Below are positions 35,180-47,999 of a DNA stretch of 64,000 bases, one piece after another. The DNA comes from Cycas panzhihuaensis (taxonomy: Eukaryota; Plantae; Cycadophyta), in assembly GCA_023213395.1 (NCBI GenBank), contig CM041465.1, forward strand, positions 205,971,741 to 206,035,740, written 5' to 3'. The notes under the pieces are model-generated. The model saw nothing but the letters and a program-made list of their open reading frames with translations, was not told the DNA's origin and did not search any database. Numbering within the stretch: position 1 is the stretch's first letter; the number at the start of each line of letters is the position of its first letter. Made by a program: the position numbers and the translations under genes.

Positions 35180-38100
35180 TGTTGAAATCAGGCAGACTTT
35201 ACTTCATTAGATGCAGAAAAATGTCTTGAGTTACATTTGGAGACTGTCTCTATAAATACATGTTGGTTCTATGACCATTACAAAGAGATAAGTAACTGAC
35301 AATTCTTGTGAGGACAAGTGTCACAATCTCTGATGTCGGTTACTTTAATAAGGGTGTGTACATTACCCCTTTTATTGTCCTAGAGATAAAGCATTACATT
35401 CTAACACCCTCTCTTAATGTTTTATCTCTTTCATTCCTACTTTACTTCTTAAGAATTGAAGTCTATCTTTTCCAAGAGGCTTTGTCATTAGATCTGCTAT
35501 TTGTTCTGCAGTGGGACAATATTCTAGTTCAATTTCTTTACTGTGAACTTTCTCTCTTATGAAGTGATGATGCACTTCTATATGTTTTGTTCTGGCATGT
35601 AGTACTAGATTTTTGGTCAGCTTGATGGCACTTTGATTGTCGCAATACAAAGTTGTTGCTTGACCTTGTTGTTGTTCTATTTCAGCTAGAAGTTGTTGTA
35701 ATCAGATTGCTTCACAGGTTGCTGCTATTGCTGCCTTGTATTGAACTTCAGTTGATGATAATGCAACTGTAGATTGTTTCTTATTGTTCCATGAGATTGC
35801 AGCAGACCCTAGAAAAAAACAGTATCCACTTGTGGATTTTCTCTTTTCTTTGTCTCTTGCCTAGTATGAGTCACAAAATCCAGTCAGGGTTGCTGAACCT
35901 TTGGAGTAAATTAGACTCAAATCTTTTGTGCCTTGCAAGTATCTTAATATTCTTCGAGCTACTTTCTAGTGTCTTATCTTGGGTTCCTGCATGTTTCCAG
36001 AAATAACTCCTACTGAATATGATATATCTAGTCGAGTGGCTATGAGATATATCAGACTCCCAACCAGTTGTCTGTACAATGTGGCATCTACTGCTTGTTC
36101 CTCCTTGGCTGCTACTAGGTCACAATTGACTTCCATTGGAGTTGCACAAGGATTGCAATCTGCCATCTAAAATTTTATTAACAGATCTCTTATGTACTTT
36201 CTTTGAGACACTGAAATGTAGTTTTGTTCTTGAGTTACTTCTAGTCCTAAATAATAATTTAGTAGACCTAGATCTGTCATCTCAAACTTTTTATGAAGTT
36301 CTTCTTTCATGTTCATGATTGATTCTTCGTTGTTTCCAGTAAGAATCATATCATCTACATAAACAACAATTATTGTAAGTAGCCCATTTCATTTCCTTGT
36401 GTACAAACTTGAGTCTGAATTACATCTTTGAAACCCATTTTGGCACATGTGCTGATCCGGTTTTACATACCAAACTCGAGGAGCTTGCTTTAGTCCATAT
36501 AATGCCTTCTTCAACTTACATACCAGATGCTCTTGACCTTCTTTTATGTAACCTTTAGGTTGTGTCATGTAAACATCCTCTTCAAGTTCTTCGTTCAAAA
36601 AGGCACTTTTGACATCAAGCTGAAAATTTTTCCATTTATTTATGGCTGCTAAGGCAATAATTGTCCTTACTGTGTCCATTTTGGCCACTAGAGAGAAGGT
36701 TTCTTCAAAATCAACACCGACTGTTTGTGTATACCCTTTTGCTACAAGCCGAGCTTTATACTTTTCGACTTTGCCATTTGCCTCTTCTTTAATTTTGTAG
36801 ATCCATTTGTCATTGACTGTGGGCTTATTTGGAGGCAGATTTACTAACTCCCATGTTTGATTCTTGACTATTGAGTCCATTGTAGATCTCCATTCTGACA
36901 GATGTCTCTGGCTTCTTAGAATGATTGTGGTTCAATTTTCTTAATAGTGCTTTTGGCTTTTGGTTTCTGGTTTTGTGTTCAAATACTTCTCCTCTTCCTG
37001 CTACAATTGTTTTGATGACCCATTTTGGTAACTTGTTTTCCCTTTTTTTTGATTTCTAACACTTCTTCTGGTTGATTTGCAAATGTATCTTCTCTCTCTT
37101 CTGTATGAGAGACTGATGCTTCTGATGGAGCTTTTCCAGTGATAACTTTTGATGTTTCTTCCAGTATGCCCTTAGGTTCTGCTTTCTTTGTTTAAGCTTC
37201 AATTATTTGTATTTAAGATTGTGTTCTTTGATTGTCTTCTTCATTGAAGACAACATCTCTACTTACATAGATCCTATTTGTTTTGGGATCTATGCATTTG
37301 TAAGCCTTTGCATTTTTACTATATCCTATCATAATACATTCTATACTTTTTGCATCAAGTTTCTACCTTTTTTTATCAATCACATGAACAAAGGCTTGAC
37401 TACCAAAGATTTTAAGAGAACTGACGTTGGGTTTTTTACCTGACCATGCTTCTTTAGGAGTGATGTCTTCCAAGGTTTTCGTTGGACTGCGATTTATCAG
37501 GTAGCAAGCGGTGTTAATGGCTTTAGCCCAATATGATTTTGGAAGCTATTTTTCGTGGATCATGTTGCGTGCTATCTCCTTTAGAGTTCTGTTTTTTCTT
37601 TCTGCAACTCCGTTGGATTGGGAAGTGTAGGGAGTTGTAAACTGTCTGTGTATCCCGTTCAACTTACAAAAGCTCAAAATTTCTTTTGAGATGTATTCAC
37701 CGCTACCATCTGACCTGATGCATTTTATCTTTGATTCTAATTCTAATTCTACTTCTGTTTTGAATTGTTTAAAAGCTTCAAGTGCTTTTGACTTATTGTG
37801 AAGAAAGTAAACCCATATCTTTCATGTGCAGTCATCAATGAAGGTGAGAAAGTATCTACAACCATTAAATTGACAGTGGTGTAAGTGGACCATAGAGATT
37901 GGTATGGATTAACTCCAGCTTGGATTGAGCTCGCCATTCACTTTTTTTGAAGGAAAATCGATGTTATTTCCCAAATTGACAACCATTACTGAAGAACTCA
38001 TCAGATGATAAGTGAGGCAAACCATTCACAATTTTCAATTTTTCCATCAATTTTAGAGTATTCATTGGAAAATGTCCATACTTCAAATGCCACATTTTAT

Positions 38101-40352
38101 TATCAAACTTTGCAACAGTACAATCTTTCAAATTTGGGGATACAGGATTTGAAATGAGTTTGTACAACTCTTCACTTCTTATTCCCTTGGTTATTGGGTT
38201 CCCATTGTTTTTCATATCTAAAATATGACAGAAGCCTTCTTCGTCAAACACTGTTCTAAGTTTCTTTTTACTAAGTTGTAATACCGATAGAAGATTCATT
38301 TTCAAGTCAGGAACCAGTAATACATTTCCATGCAAATTAATTGCAATGGTACCTACCCCTTTTATAGTAAGTGGGTATTTGCCCTCTAGCTCAATTGATT
38401 TGTTTGAGTTATAGAGCGTCAATGTTTCAAACCAATCTTCATGATTGATCATGTGCCTTGATGCTCTTGAATCTATGTACCATGTGTCTTCTTCTTTAAT
38501 TTTGGCTGACAATGTTGCTACAAAGGTTGTTTCTTCTTCTTCTTCTTCTTCTTCTTCTTCAGTTTTTTCTTTGTTGTAATTGCCAATGGGTCGCTTCCCT
38601 CTTTGGAATGGGTAGTGTCTTGATTGACCACAATGATAGCATATATCGAAGGGTCTCCATGTACTAGCAAAGTGTCCAGGCTTACCGCATTTGAAACAAA
38701 ATCTATTGTCCTTGCTACGTCCACGTCCTCTGGAATCCTGCCAATGACCATGAGTTGGGCTTTTGGATTCTAAAGTACACCCGCTTCCTTGCATTTGATT
38801 GCGTCCTCAAGATCCAAGAGAGAGTTTAGAGGCAAATGCTTCCTCTAGTTCTGATGATTCTTCATATTGTTTATTTCTGTGTTCCTGTCTTAACAGTAAA
38901 CTAGTTAAATCATCAAGAGTCATGGAATCAATCTGATTATTGTTTGTTATGGAGTTAATGGTAATATCAAAGGACTTTGGCAATTTGCTGGCCACCATTT
39001 CAACCAAGGCTTTTTCTGTGATATCATCCCCTACACTTAAGAGGTTATTTCTGAGTGAAATAACTTTGTGCATAAATTCAGTTATTGTATCATTTTCTTT
39101 CATGTGTAATATGTACAACTCTTCCTTCAGAGTTATTATCCTAGATTCATTCTTCTGTCTAAAGAGATTTGGAAGTATTTCCAAATTGTTGATGTAGAGT
39201 TCAACCTTTCTACATATACAAGAAGTGGATCTGAAATTGAGAGCTTTAAGATGATTACTCCTAAGTTGTCCCTTTCCATCTAGTCAACTAACTTGGTACT
39301 TGTATCAGCAGGTTTAGTTTCAGTCCCATCTGCGATTTTCCAGGCATTTCTTGCGCTCAAGAGAGTTTCTACCTTTATTTTCCACACATGGTAGTTTGTT
39401 CCAGTGAGTTTGTCTTGATTAGGAAGCCCTAGAATGGAAGATGCCATGAGGGACAAAACTGAGTGTATTTATGGCTGCCTGTCCATACGACTGTACAGAA
39501 TTCTGTACAAAACTGAAGGTGTACGGATTAAAATATAAGTGGTATAAATGAAAGCTCTGTCTGTGGGGAATCTAGATCTATAATTATTTTTTTGAGATTC
39601 AACTAGACCTGAGAGAAATCATCCCTGAAAGATAAAAACAAACGGCTAGGGTTTTTGTCCAAATCAAAAAAATCTCTTCAAATATGAGAAAAAACTCTCA
39701 ATAAATGGATTTAAACCCTCGATTGCTGACTGAGAGAGATTATTGACAAGCTTTTACCTGGATTTCGATGAGATTTGAAGAGAAATTTTGAGATTGAACC
39801 CTCAATCCTATGTGGCTATTCACTAGGCCAAAACAGGGTCAAAACGACGTCAAATGTCTTCAACCTAGTTGAAAGATATGATCTCCATGCAGAAGCGAAC
39901 TAGTTGGTGAAATTTTAGCTCATTCCAAGAAGTTTGACAAAAGTGCTTTGTACAGGTCCGTATAGTTCTGTATGGAAAAAATTCTACAGATAGATTACTT
40001 TTTTCAGATCCAAGAAATCACTTGTCCTTTGTCTTTTAAATTCTGCTTCAACTTGCTCACAGAAGGACAATTGTAGCTCTCATAGTATTAAATAGGCTGC
40101 CAGGCAGGCCTGCTCTGATACCATGTTGAAATCAGGCAGACCTTACTTCATTAGATGCAGAAAAATGACTTGAGTTGCATTTGGAGACTATGTCTCTATA
40201 AATACATGTTGGTTCTCTGACCGTTACAAAGAGATAAGTAACTGACAATTCTTGTGAGGACAAGTGTCCCAATCTTTGATGTTGGTTACTTTAATAAGGG
40301 TGTGCACATTACCCCTTTTATTCTCCTAGAGATAAAGCATTACATTCTAACA
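35180..40352 (-). mobile_element. Ty1/Copia element C3, complete structure, 5.17 kb
   Basis: LTRs 35180-35406 and 40124-40352 (~10 substitutions + 1 indel); perfect TSD AACAA; PBS GCTCTGATACCA 40112-40123; PPT 35407-35417. Confidence 0.97.
35414..39447 (-). pseudogene. gag-pol: C3 gag-pol polyprotein with scattered stops/frameshifts
   Basis: CFKCGKPGHFA, WYIDSRASRHM, WHLKYGH, YKARLVAKGYTQ, LYGLKQAPRVWY, HARTKHIEVHHHFIRE. Confidence 0.95.
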
Positions 40353-42306
40353 AACAATTGCCTTGGAATGATGGGAATAGTTGGAGAACAATTCTTGGAA
40401 TGGTATTTACAATCATAATGGCACAAGGAATGATACTAACACTCCAAAACAACAATATGGAATGGCATTGTTACTTGGAATGGTGCAAGGGAACAACTTG
40501 GATGATGTGGGAGCCAGCCTTTCTTGAAATGACATCATGCACAGGAATGGCTCAAAGAATGGTTTACACAGTGAAGGAATATCATGCACAACTACAATAG
40601 AATTCATGTGCTAGACTTGTACAAGAGGTATGGGGATACGAAGCATCACTAGGACTTGATTGTTTATTGGTTAACTATGTAATCGTTGTAATTAATTGTT
40701 AAGAGTTAGAATGCAAATTGTTGTCTCATTGTCAATGAGCATCTACTTTGGGTTTAATTAGGCCATCCCACACCAAGTTTGGTGGGAGACTTGAGTTGTT
40801 CAATCCCTAAGCAAGATAGCAATGACTTGTTTCCAACCATCATTTAATGAAATGTTGAGTTATGTCAAAGTGTGTATATGGATTATATATATAAATGTGT
40901 TATGATTGCTTGTGAATTACTATTGCCATGGTGTATGGAACCCTAACCTACAAGAATGGGTTAACCAAGCCACCAAGCCAACACTAGAGAATGCAAACCA
41001 TGACAAATTAACACCATCACATGTCTAGGAAGCAAATAAGAAATCTTGCAATAGTTACTGTGCCAATTCCATAGTCAACATTAGTTCCATTACCAAAAGT
41101 TGTTGAAGAAGAAATGACCTTGAGTCTTGTCAAGATAAGTTGATGAGTGGGTTATCATAGACCTAGTTTAACAATAACATGGTAGGTTCTAACTAAACCT
41201 AGGCAAGTAGGGGACTTTCTTATGCCACCAAAGAAGCCTCTGAACAAAGAGAAAGCCAAGGTCAACAACGAGAGGGTGATATGATGGTGTAGAGAATAGA
41301 GAGATTGTTAGTCAAAGAGAATAACACCATCATTAGGCAGAGCTAGGGAGAGGCCAGCCAATGAATTAAAGATTAATGAGGGAGAACATGCTACACCAAT
41401 GGAGAGTGGATATAATACAGTGACATTTGAAACAAACCCCAAGCCAAAGTAGAACAAGTCCATCTATTAGACTTTGTCAAGGCACTAATAGAGAAGGAGA
41501 AAGGTTACAGTTGGGAGACATCATGAGAAGAAAGTTCAGAGAGCTTGAGAAATAACAAAGATAATATAATGGCAGTGCTCACAATAGATTACAAGAATTT
41601 CTTTATAAGACAACTCTTCAACATGCTATCGAGAAGGGCATTAGTAGAAGATGATCCATTCCTTATTGTCATGCCATCAACAATCTAGAAATAACGGAAG
41701 AGTACAACCATATATATTAGAGCACTACATAACAATCCATTGTTCAAATGTAGGATTGGCCTTGAATTGGGAATAAACACCACACCTAAAATCATGAATG
41801 TATTGCTAATCATGATATGTCATAATGATAACACCCTTTGCCACCTTATCTTTGATAGCACAGGTGACCCAATGTAGCCCCTATTCCCCTATTTCTATTA
41901 AAATATTTGATTGCCATTAGAGGGATTGATAAAGAAGAGGATATTGAATGAAGATTCTTGTGTGCGTTACAGGACATTCCCTTGGTGTGGTACTAGAACT
42001 TGAATATTGATAAGATAGGCTAGGAAAATATATGAAAATGTTTTCTAATAAGATTCCAAAAACTAAGGAGTAACCAAGTTGTCATCCATGTGCTTAAAGA
42101 GATGCGACAATGTCCATGAGAATCCATATTACACTATGAAATTCAAATTAGTGATATGATTGCCAATATGACAAGTAACATGGCCATGCGAGATTATTTG
42201 ATGCAAGGATTCTTCATGGATAGGCTACTCGCAAAGCAACATGATTGATTAAGATAACACTCGATTGAAATTTATACTCGAGCTTAGGATCTAGCGTTGA
42301 AGTTCT

Positions 42307-45300
42307 TGTTAGTCTTTAACATGGAAAACAATTATCATCCACAATAACAATATCAAAGACCAAAGACAAACTCAACATAATCAGAATACCAAAGCACCCA
42401 AGACTCAACATGAGCCTTGATGATTACATCATAACATATACTACCTCGACCACCTTTATATACAAAATAGGTGGAAGGACCTACAAGGCAAGTAATGCAT
42501 GTGGGACAAAACCTTTATCCTGACCAATGACATTACACCAACTAACTTGACCAATACGCTTCTATCCTCTCACACAATATTATAATGATAAATGACTCTT
42601 GGACTCTAAGACTTAGGACTATGACTATTAAGCTAAGATACACAATATTAAATATTATACTCTAACACCTCTCCTTAATGTTTAATGTCAAGACTACAAA
42701 AAGTGATTGAATACTAAAGACTAACATGACACTTGATAATGGACATAGGACATTAAACATGACCTCCAAGGGACTTCAACATGTACTTTGCTTTCTTTGA
42801 ATTTACAATGTCTTGTTCTTGGAAAGGTCTTGAACACAATGCCTTGGACTTGATTTTGGTTTTCAATCCTGTAATGTTGCCTCTAGAGCAGGCCCTTAGA
42901 GTGATGGTTCTTGAACTTTGTCCTTTTTGTCTTCATGTGCAATTGGGAACCCTTTATCACACAAAATGTGTAGTAGATCAAGCTTGAGATGATTTGTGCT
43001 TGGTGAGGACCTGTCAGGTGTTTCTTCCTGTACTTATCAAATGTGTCTTTAAGATGTACATCAAATATGTCTTCCATCAGAATTTTGGTTTCCACCTGTT
43101 TGCTTCTACTTTCTTCAGCATGTGAGTGATTAAACAAATAAATGTCAGCAGTTGGAGATAGGTTGACGATATCATCAATATCCAAATATGATGACAAATC
43201 ATCAAGTGGTGAGACAATATCACTTGAAGAGTGAACATTGTATAGGCCATTGTCGTCATCAATGTCTTGTAAGTCAACATTATTTAAGACACAAGCATGA
43301 ATATCTTCATCCTGTATATGTTTTTCCTCAACAAGTCAAACTGACTTTGCTTCATTATCTTTGATAAGATCATCCTCCCCTGAAGCAATGAATTCATCAT
43401 AGTTACCTGTATCTAGTTCAACATGCTCATCTGCTTCAACTTTGTCACTTGAAGTAGCAAAACTTCCTTCATCATCTTGCTTACCTGTGTTAACAACAAA
43501 ATTGTTTTCCCTTTCAAGACTCTCTTTCACTTGTGCAGGTACTTGTTCTGAATCAATAAGATACTTTGTTTTATCTTCATCACTCAAGAGATCTTTTGTC
43601 GTACCAAATATGATGAGGATTTCTGTTGTGATCATATGTATGTACCTCCCAACATAAGAATGGTGTAGTATCTTAACATGATTGCCTGCCCATACCATAC
43701 AACAATCTTGGTAGACAAGACTTTGATCAAATGATACTCCAACTATGTTCTTCCTTCTTTTGAATGAGTCTTCTAGAACTAATGCAGGATATATTAACAC
43801 AATTTGAATTCTTTCAAGGATAAGCGTAGAAAAAGCTACCATGTTAAATGTTGTTATATAAAGTCTTGTGCATATGTATACAACAATGTAACCTGAGAAT
43901 GTTTGGAACCTGGCAACAAATTTATCAACATAGAGTAAAGTGATATAATCCACACCTTCCACCAAGTTAGTCGAATTTCCATATTGAACCACCTGTAATA
44001 GATCAGTTTTTGAATTTTCAACGTCCATCCTTTCACTCCTTCCTGTTAGCATGCTGAAACTCAAGATGTTTGATGGGATAATTCTCTTCTCAACCTTTGG
44101 TTCTTTATTTTCATCTTCTTCCTCAGATCCTAAGCAACGGTCTAAGGTTAAATCTCCAATAAGTCCATTTGCAGAGATTGCTTTGTCACAACAGTTGTAT
44201 TCATTTATTTTTTCATCAACTGAGAACCTATTTTCAGAAACAAGTTCTCATACTTTTTCACCTTCCTCATCATCAAATGAATCTATAAGAGATTTACTCT
44301 TACGGAAACTGACCTCATTACATTTATCCTTTTTGATTTTCTTCTTCAATTTCTTTTTCTGATTCTTTGTTAGGTTATTGTGGGCAACCTGCACTTTTGC
44401 GTTTTTGTTGTCTTTACCTTTATCATTGGTTGTTGGTTTGTCAACTTGGAATCAAATTTCTCTTTTATGAAGTTCCATGTTTTGTGTGCCCTACATGTAG
44501 TATTTTGGGTGAGCCAAAAAATATCACTGAATTTTATGCAGCCTCCTTGTGTGGACATGATAGAAATCCATTGAAATGCAGATGTGTCCTTTTGTTCCAA
44601 CACTGGTGAAGCATCATTGTATCCTTCTAAAACAATCTCCCATAAGCCAAGGGAGATGAGCCAAGACTTCATGTTTTCTAACCGTTCTAAATAGTTGTCT
44701 TCTGTCAATAGAAGATGTGTATGATCCATTTTGATAACTTTACAACCAAACTGCTTATTGTGATCTTGAAATCAGAAACTCAACAGTAAAAACGATATCA
44801 ATAAATACGGTATTGAACCCTTAGACAGATTGTGGAATAGATGTGTGAATGCAGAGATACAAAATAGAATGTATAAAACCTTCTTTTAAACTGTTATCAG
44901 GTCTAGCCTTCAAAGCATGACCTTGAACAATAGAATTTATCGCTGTTGGGGTCTTTTCAATACAAAAGTGTTACCTGTTTTATCAAGTCAACCTTTCTCC
45001 GTATAGAGGGCTGATATTTAGAGGCTAGTATTGTTCGGATAGGGCCCACATCTTCTCCGTGTTTGCTGGAACTCATTCAAGTACTTGTGAGACAAGGTGT
45101 TTTTCCAGCTGCATCAACCAACTGCCCCTTTGAAAGATTCAGGTCAACAAGATTAAAGTGCCTTCAATATCTCAGTTATTTCTATCGTCATTCCATGCAA
45201 AGAGGATTACCACACTGACTTATGAAGTTGCAAACGTTAGAAATTAAATTCTAGTATTTGATTTCCTGGCAGTTCAGTACATTGTTTGTGGATATCAACT

Positions 45301-46971
45301 AGTGCCAGACATGAAAAACAAAGACTTTCTTCACAACCCACGTAGACTAATCAGAGCAGATTTCCCGTTGCAAATAATTTCAGAACATCTAGGTTTCGTC
45401 TCCCATGGTACCATGACCAAACTGCAAGGCACTCATGAACTGTACCATTGACGGAAATTCTGCCTACGGATGACATTCTGCTTACTTTCCAAGGCACTCA
45501 TGAACTGTGACGATGAATGGATCGCAGGATCGAACACAAGTCTTGCCAAGTCGAGCGCTTGCTTAGATTATCGCGGCATACAGAAGCTCTAAAAACCGCT
45601 TTGGAGGATTCTCCTATATAGGGGCTTGTCAACTGGAGATAGACCAATCTTGCGATCAATGCCTTTATCTTCATGAGAAGCTGACAGAGAAAGCAGGTCT
45701 GGGCTGCATTGTACGTGCCCTTGTAGATACTGTCAACACTGTTTAACTTATATTTTTGAAGTGATTATTTATGTGAAGCCTCCAATAGAAACAATCATCA
45801 AAAGATGAATGCCTTTGTTTTCATGAGAAGCTGGCAGAAAAACCTGTGACATAAACACAGCGGGTCTGCTACCCCAATAAGTGCACAGGACCAAGCCACC
45901 AGGTATACCCAACTTATGGACAGTCTATGACTTCAGCAGTGCTTCATCGCTGATCTATTATCATAAATTTCCACAAGAGCATCTTCACAATCAACCGTGC
46001 ACAGAACAAGCATAAAGGCAAGTATCACCTCATGATCTCCTTTAACTAGAACAGAAAAAATGGAGGCAAGCACAACAACTGTTTTGAACAGAACTGAACG
46101 GATTGCACGGATCTCAACAACGGAGTTCCAATAGGTAAGTCTTCAACTTATCATGCTCACAATGTCACGAACATAATATAATTCCTTCTCTCAGGATAAC
46201 CTTGCTCTGAGCCAGCAAACCCTTAATATTCTAACACAATCTCCTAAGGATAGGAATGAAGCCTTAACTCTCATGGCTAAGGTAAATTCAACAACCATCA
46301 ATTAAAAAACTCCATAATCATTTCCTTATAGCAAGACAAGGAACAGAGTTACCTAGACAGAATTCCTATTTCATATCAACACTTGGCATGCTTCATATCG
46401 ACGATGACTTTGAAACTTTTCTTCAATCTGGCACCCACTTGATGGAGCCACCTCCTCTCTCGATCTTTTTCTTACAACAGGATGTCCTGGAACTTCACTT
46501 CCTTAATTTAACTCTTCAATCTGACAACCAATCTAACGGAGTTGCCTTCCTCCCTTATCAAAGAGAACTTGCACAACAATAGCCTTAACAAACAACCTGC
46601 TCTGACACCATGATAGACTTTAACATGGAAAACAATTATCATCCACAATAACAATATCAAAGACCAAAGACAGACTCAACATAATCAGAATACCATAGCA
46701 CCCAAGACTCAACATGAGCCTTGATGATTACATCATAACATATACTACCTTGACCACCTTTATATACAAAATAGGTGGAAGGACCTACACGACAAGTAAT
46801 GCATGTGGGACAAAACCTTTATCCTGCCCAATGACATTACACCAACTAACTTGACCAATAAGATTCTATCCTTTCACACAATATTATAATGATAAATGAC
46901 TCTTGGACTCTAAGACTTAGGACTATGACTTTTAACCTAAGATACACAACATTAAACATTATTCTCTAACA
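42307..46971 (-). mobile_element. Non-autonomous Copia-derived element C4 (4.67 kb)
   Basis: 361-bp LTRs 42307-42667 and 46611-46971 (~16 mismatches); TSD GTTCT/ATTCT; PBS GCTCTGACACCA 46599-46610; PPT 42668-42678; gag N-terminus only, no IN/RT. Confidence 0.92.
42883..44729 (-). pseudogene. C4 coding remnant: Copia gag N-terminus (DUF4219-like) followed by acidic/unassigned sequence
   Basis: LLTEDNYLERLENMKSWLISLGLWEIVLEGY is a typical Copia gag start; ORFs 43336-44064 and 42883-43197 share one frame. Confidence 0.65.
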
Positions 46972-47999
46972 ATTCTTGTCCTAGATTAATAACGAGGTGG
47001 GAGTCTTAAATAATGATAATATATTTTGACTAATTAATGAAGAGACCCAAGAACTCTTAGTTGAGAAGACATGCCATGGCATCACTAAAGTACAAGGAAA
47101 TAAAAAGTTGGAGGCGCTACACTTAGAGATTGGCAAGCTAAAAACATATTTGGTTAAAGCCTAGAGAAGTCTAGTGGAGTAAGAAGAAGATCATAAGCCT
47201 TGAAATATTTGTAATAATGAAACATGAAGCAAAGAATAAAAAGAAGAGACAAAGAGATGGTGTGCAATTTGTGCGGCCATGACACATAACACACGTGACT
47301 ATCACTACAACGATCATCAATAAAAATGCTTGAGGAAGAGGGAAAGGCACCCCAAACTCTCTTATTCAGTGAAGGTGGTCCAAGATCCTTTGAAAAAGAA
47401 GAAATTGGCTAGCAGGTGTGTGTCTTTTGCTTGGAGTTTAGCCATTGGTGATCACAATTTCCCTACAACAATGTCGGTCATGAGAGTGCTCACATGTGCT
47501 AGAAGTGGGGGCCAAGGAAATCGTGATTTGGAAGATTGTCCAAATAAGGTCAAATCCAACAACTTGGCAATAATACTGCTAGATAATCTAAAGACAGTCA
47601 CGTTTGAATCTATAAACACAAAGTAGATTAAAGGGAAAACCCAAAGTAGGAGAGTTCAATTATCCTAATATGAAGGTAGAAATTGATTATTTTGTTACTT
47701 GGAAAAAAGCCCTAGAATAGGTGGCCATGGAAGCAAAAGCTAATTGCACAACTTTAACCTAACCATAAATCACAAAAATTTATAGGAGGGGGAAATCACC
47801 TAGAAGTAGTAAAGCTAGGAAACCTATTTGCCTCACTGCTAGACAACAAACAAATCCCTAAAACATTAAAGCTCTCTAAACACTTGGTGGAGTAGTTACA
47901 GTTAACAATGACCCTTAATTAGTAAAATGGCTGGAGATAGGGGCCTTTTAGTTATAAAATTTAGAAGGTGAATTCTACATCAGTAATAATGTCTTACTA

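Noticed and set aside
45180-45215. SMQRGLPH resembling Helitron Rep motif EFQKRGLPH
   Set aside because: Five-residue match followed by a stop; no other Rep or helicase motifs.
45588-45625. KNRFG resembling the RadA/Sms motif
   Set aside because: Isolated pentapeptide without ATPase context.
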